Shown here one piece after another: positions 63,045-64,000 of a stretch of 64,000 bases of DNA. Location: the NCBI GenBank assembly GCA_023418705.1, contig JAEZYZ010000062.1, positions 17,875 through 81,874 of the forward strand, in the 5' to 3' direction. The position numbers and the translations under genes were made by a program. Source of the DNA: Pseudomonadota bacterium. GTDB taxonomy: Bacteria > Myxococcota_A > Polyangia > Polyangiales > Polyangiaceae. The notes under the pieces were generated by a model. The model had not been told where the DNA came from. It saw only the letters and a program-made list of their open reading frames with translations, and did no database searches. Positions within the stretch are counted from its first letter, which is position 1, and each line of letters begins with the position of its first letter.

Positions 63045-64000
63045 TCATGGCGCCGTCGTGGCGTCAGGGTCTCGATCGGGCATCACGCGCCCGATGCTCG
63101 CGCCGGGCTCGAGGTCCGCGAACCGTCCGGAGGGCAGGCTGCGCAAAAGGCGCCGTTCGGAGGCGTTGGCGCCAACGACCTTCAGCTTGACCTTTTGAGC
63201 TTCGAGCGCCTGGCTCAGTTTGTCGATCATGTCGGCGCCCGAGAGGTCCATCATTGGGGACGCCTCCAGATCCAGCACCAGCAGCCGGATCGGCGTGGTG
63301 CTCCGGCGGATCCGCTCCAGCACGTCCTCCTTGACCGTGTGGGCGTTGGCGAACACCAGGCTCGCGTCGATCCGCAGCACCAGCACCCCCTCTTCCGCCT
63401 CGTAGTCAGGGTGACCCTCTCGGTCGGCGTAGGCCTCGGTGCCCGGAATGCGCCTCAGCTCTGCAACGTGAGGGAAGGTCGCCCGCTCGAGCAGATCGAG
63501 CAGCGACAGCACGACCCCCGTCAAGATGCCCCCAAGCATCCCGACCAGCAGCACACTCAAGCCGGTGAGGGCGGCGATCGTGAACTCACGCCTGCTGCGA
63601 GCGAAGATTTGCTTCAACGCGCGCAGGTCGACCAGCTCGACCACCGCGACCAGCACGACGGCGGCCAAAACCGCCTCGGGCAGGTTCGCGAACACCCCGG
63701 TGAAGAACGCCACCACCACGAGCATCACCACACCGCCAACCGCGCCCGACAACTGGGTGCGTGCGCCCGACTCAACGCTGACGGAAGAGCGAGTGAGACT
63801 GCCGCCCACCGGCATGCCCTGAAACAGGCCCGCCATGGCATTGCCTGCGCCGTTGGCCAGCATCTCCTGGTTCGGGTCGACCCGCCCGCCGTGCTTCGCG
63901 GCTAGGCTGCGCGCCGCCGAGACCCCCTCCACGTAGGACAACAAGAACAGCGACAGCCCCAGCGGCACGAGCGCCCCCCAGGTGTCGAGGGCATCGAGCG
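63045..64000 (-). CDS. SulP-family anion permease with C-terminal STAS domain (N-terminus beyond the right edge)
   Basis: NQEMLANGAGNAMAGLFQGMPVGGSLTRSSV. TM segments. STAS: VLVLRIDASLVFANA...LLVLDLEASPMMDLSGADMI. The frame is open to nt 64000. Confidence 0.85.
   Translation of the reverse strand, partial: LDALDTWGALVPLGLSLFLLSYVEGVSAARSLAAKHGGRVDPNQEMLANGAGNAMAGLFQGMPVGGSLTRSSVSVESGARTQLSGAVGGVVMLVVVAFFTGVFANLPEAVLAAVVLVAVVELVDLRALKQIFARSRREFTIAALTGLSVLLVGMLGGILTGVVLSLLDLLERATFPHVAELRRIPGTEAYADREGHPDYEAEEGVLVLRIDASLVFANAHTVKEDVLERIRRSTTPIRLLVLDLEASPMMDLSGADMIDKLSQALEAQKVKLKVVGANASERRLLRSLPSGRFADLEPGASIGRVMPDRDPDATTAP

Noticed and set aside
1-64000. Search by eye for CRISPR arrays, tRNA/rRNA genes, integrase or transposase genes and prophage modules
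   Set aside because: - I saw no regularly spaced direct repeats with unique spacers.
- I saw no tRNA-like cloverleaf candidates in the intergenic regions inspected.
- I saw no rRNA-like conserved stretches.
- No ORF carries recombinase or transposase motifs.
This is a visual negative only. tRNAscan-SE, Infernal and ISfinder searches would be decisive.

Overview
High-GC (~70%) bacterial chromosomal segment. Lipobox lipoproteins, a DUF4388-type kinase-like protein and a monooxygenase-split adenylation domain suggest a myxobacterium, but that is inference only. All calls come from reading motifs by eye; no searches were run.

nt 1-47,000 is a polysaccharide assembly/export locus. It encodes a WcaJ-like priming transferase, a Wzy-like polymerase, a synthase-type GT2, a GT4, a short OPX lipoprotein with a beta-barrel partner, UDP-xylose synthase, rmlACD plus a separate rmlB, a methyltransferase and a hydrolase-like lipoprotein.

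Three megasynthase genes sit among these genes, in apparent operons with them:
- a KS-AT-KR-DH-CP-TE PKS;
- a formyltransferase-like / half-condensation / A / PCP NRPS whose A domain has a Gly-type code and is split by a luciferase-like monooxygenase;
- a half-condensation / A / PCP / KS / AT / ACP / aminotransferase hybrid.

No HHxxxDG condensation motif occurs in any of the three. This glycan-plus-assembly-line locus is my best candidate for an undescribed system.

nt 44,000-64,000 is more mosaic. It holds decayed VapC and GNAT/RHH toxin-antitoxin remnants, an L-2-hydroxyglutarate oxidase, an alpha-oxoamine synthase and STAS-like proteins. It also holds a visibly lower-GC cassette: a Tat-exported cytokinin-dehydrogenase-like flavoenzyme, a DMATS-type prenyltransferase and a heme-oxygenase-like di-iron enzyme. 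The remaining genes are a polysaccharide deacetylase, glmS, an ATP-grasp enzyme, a metallophosphoesterase and a partial SulP permease.

A CTAG-bounded hairpin element of about 170 bp occurs three times in intergenic DNA. I saw no rRNA, tRNA or CRISPR array.
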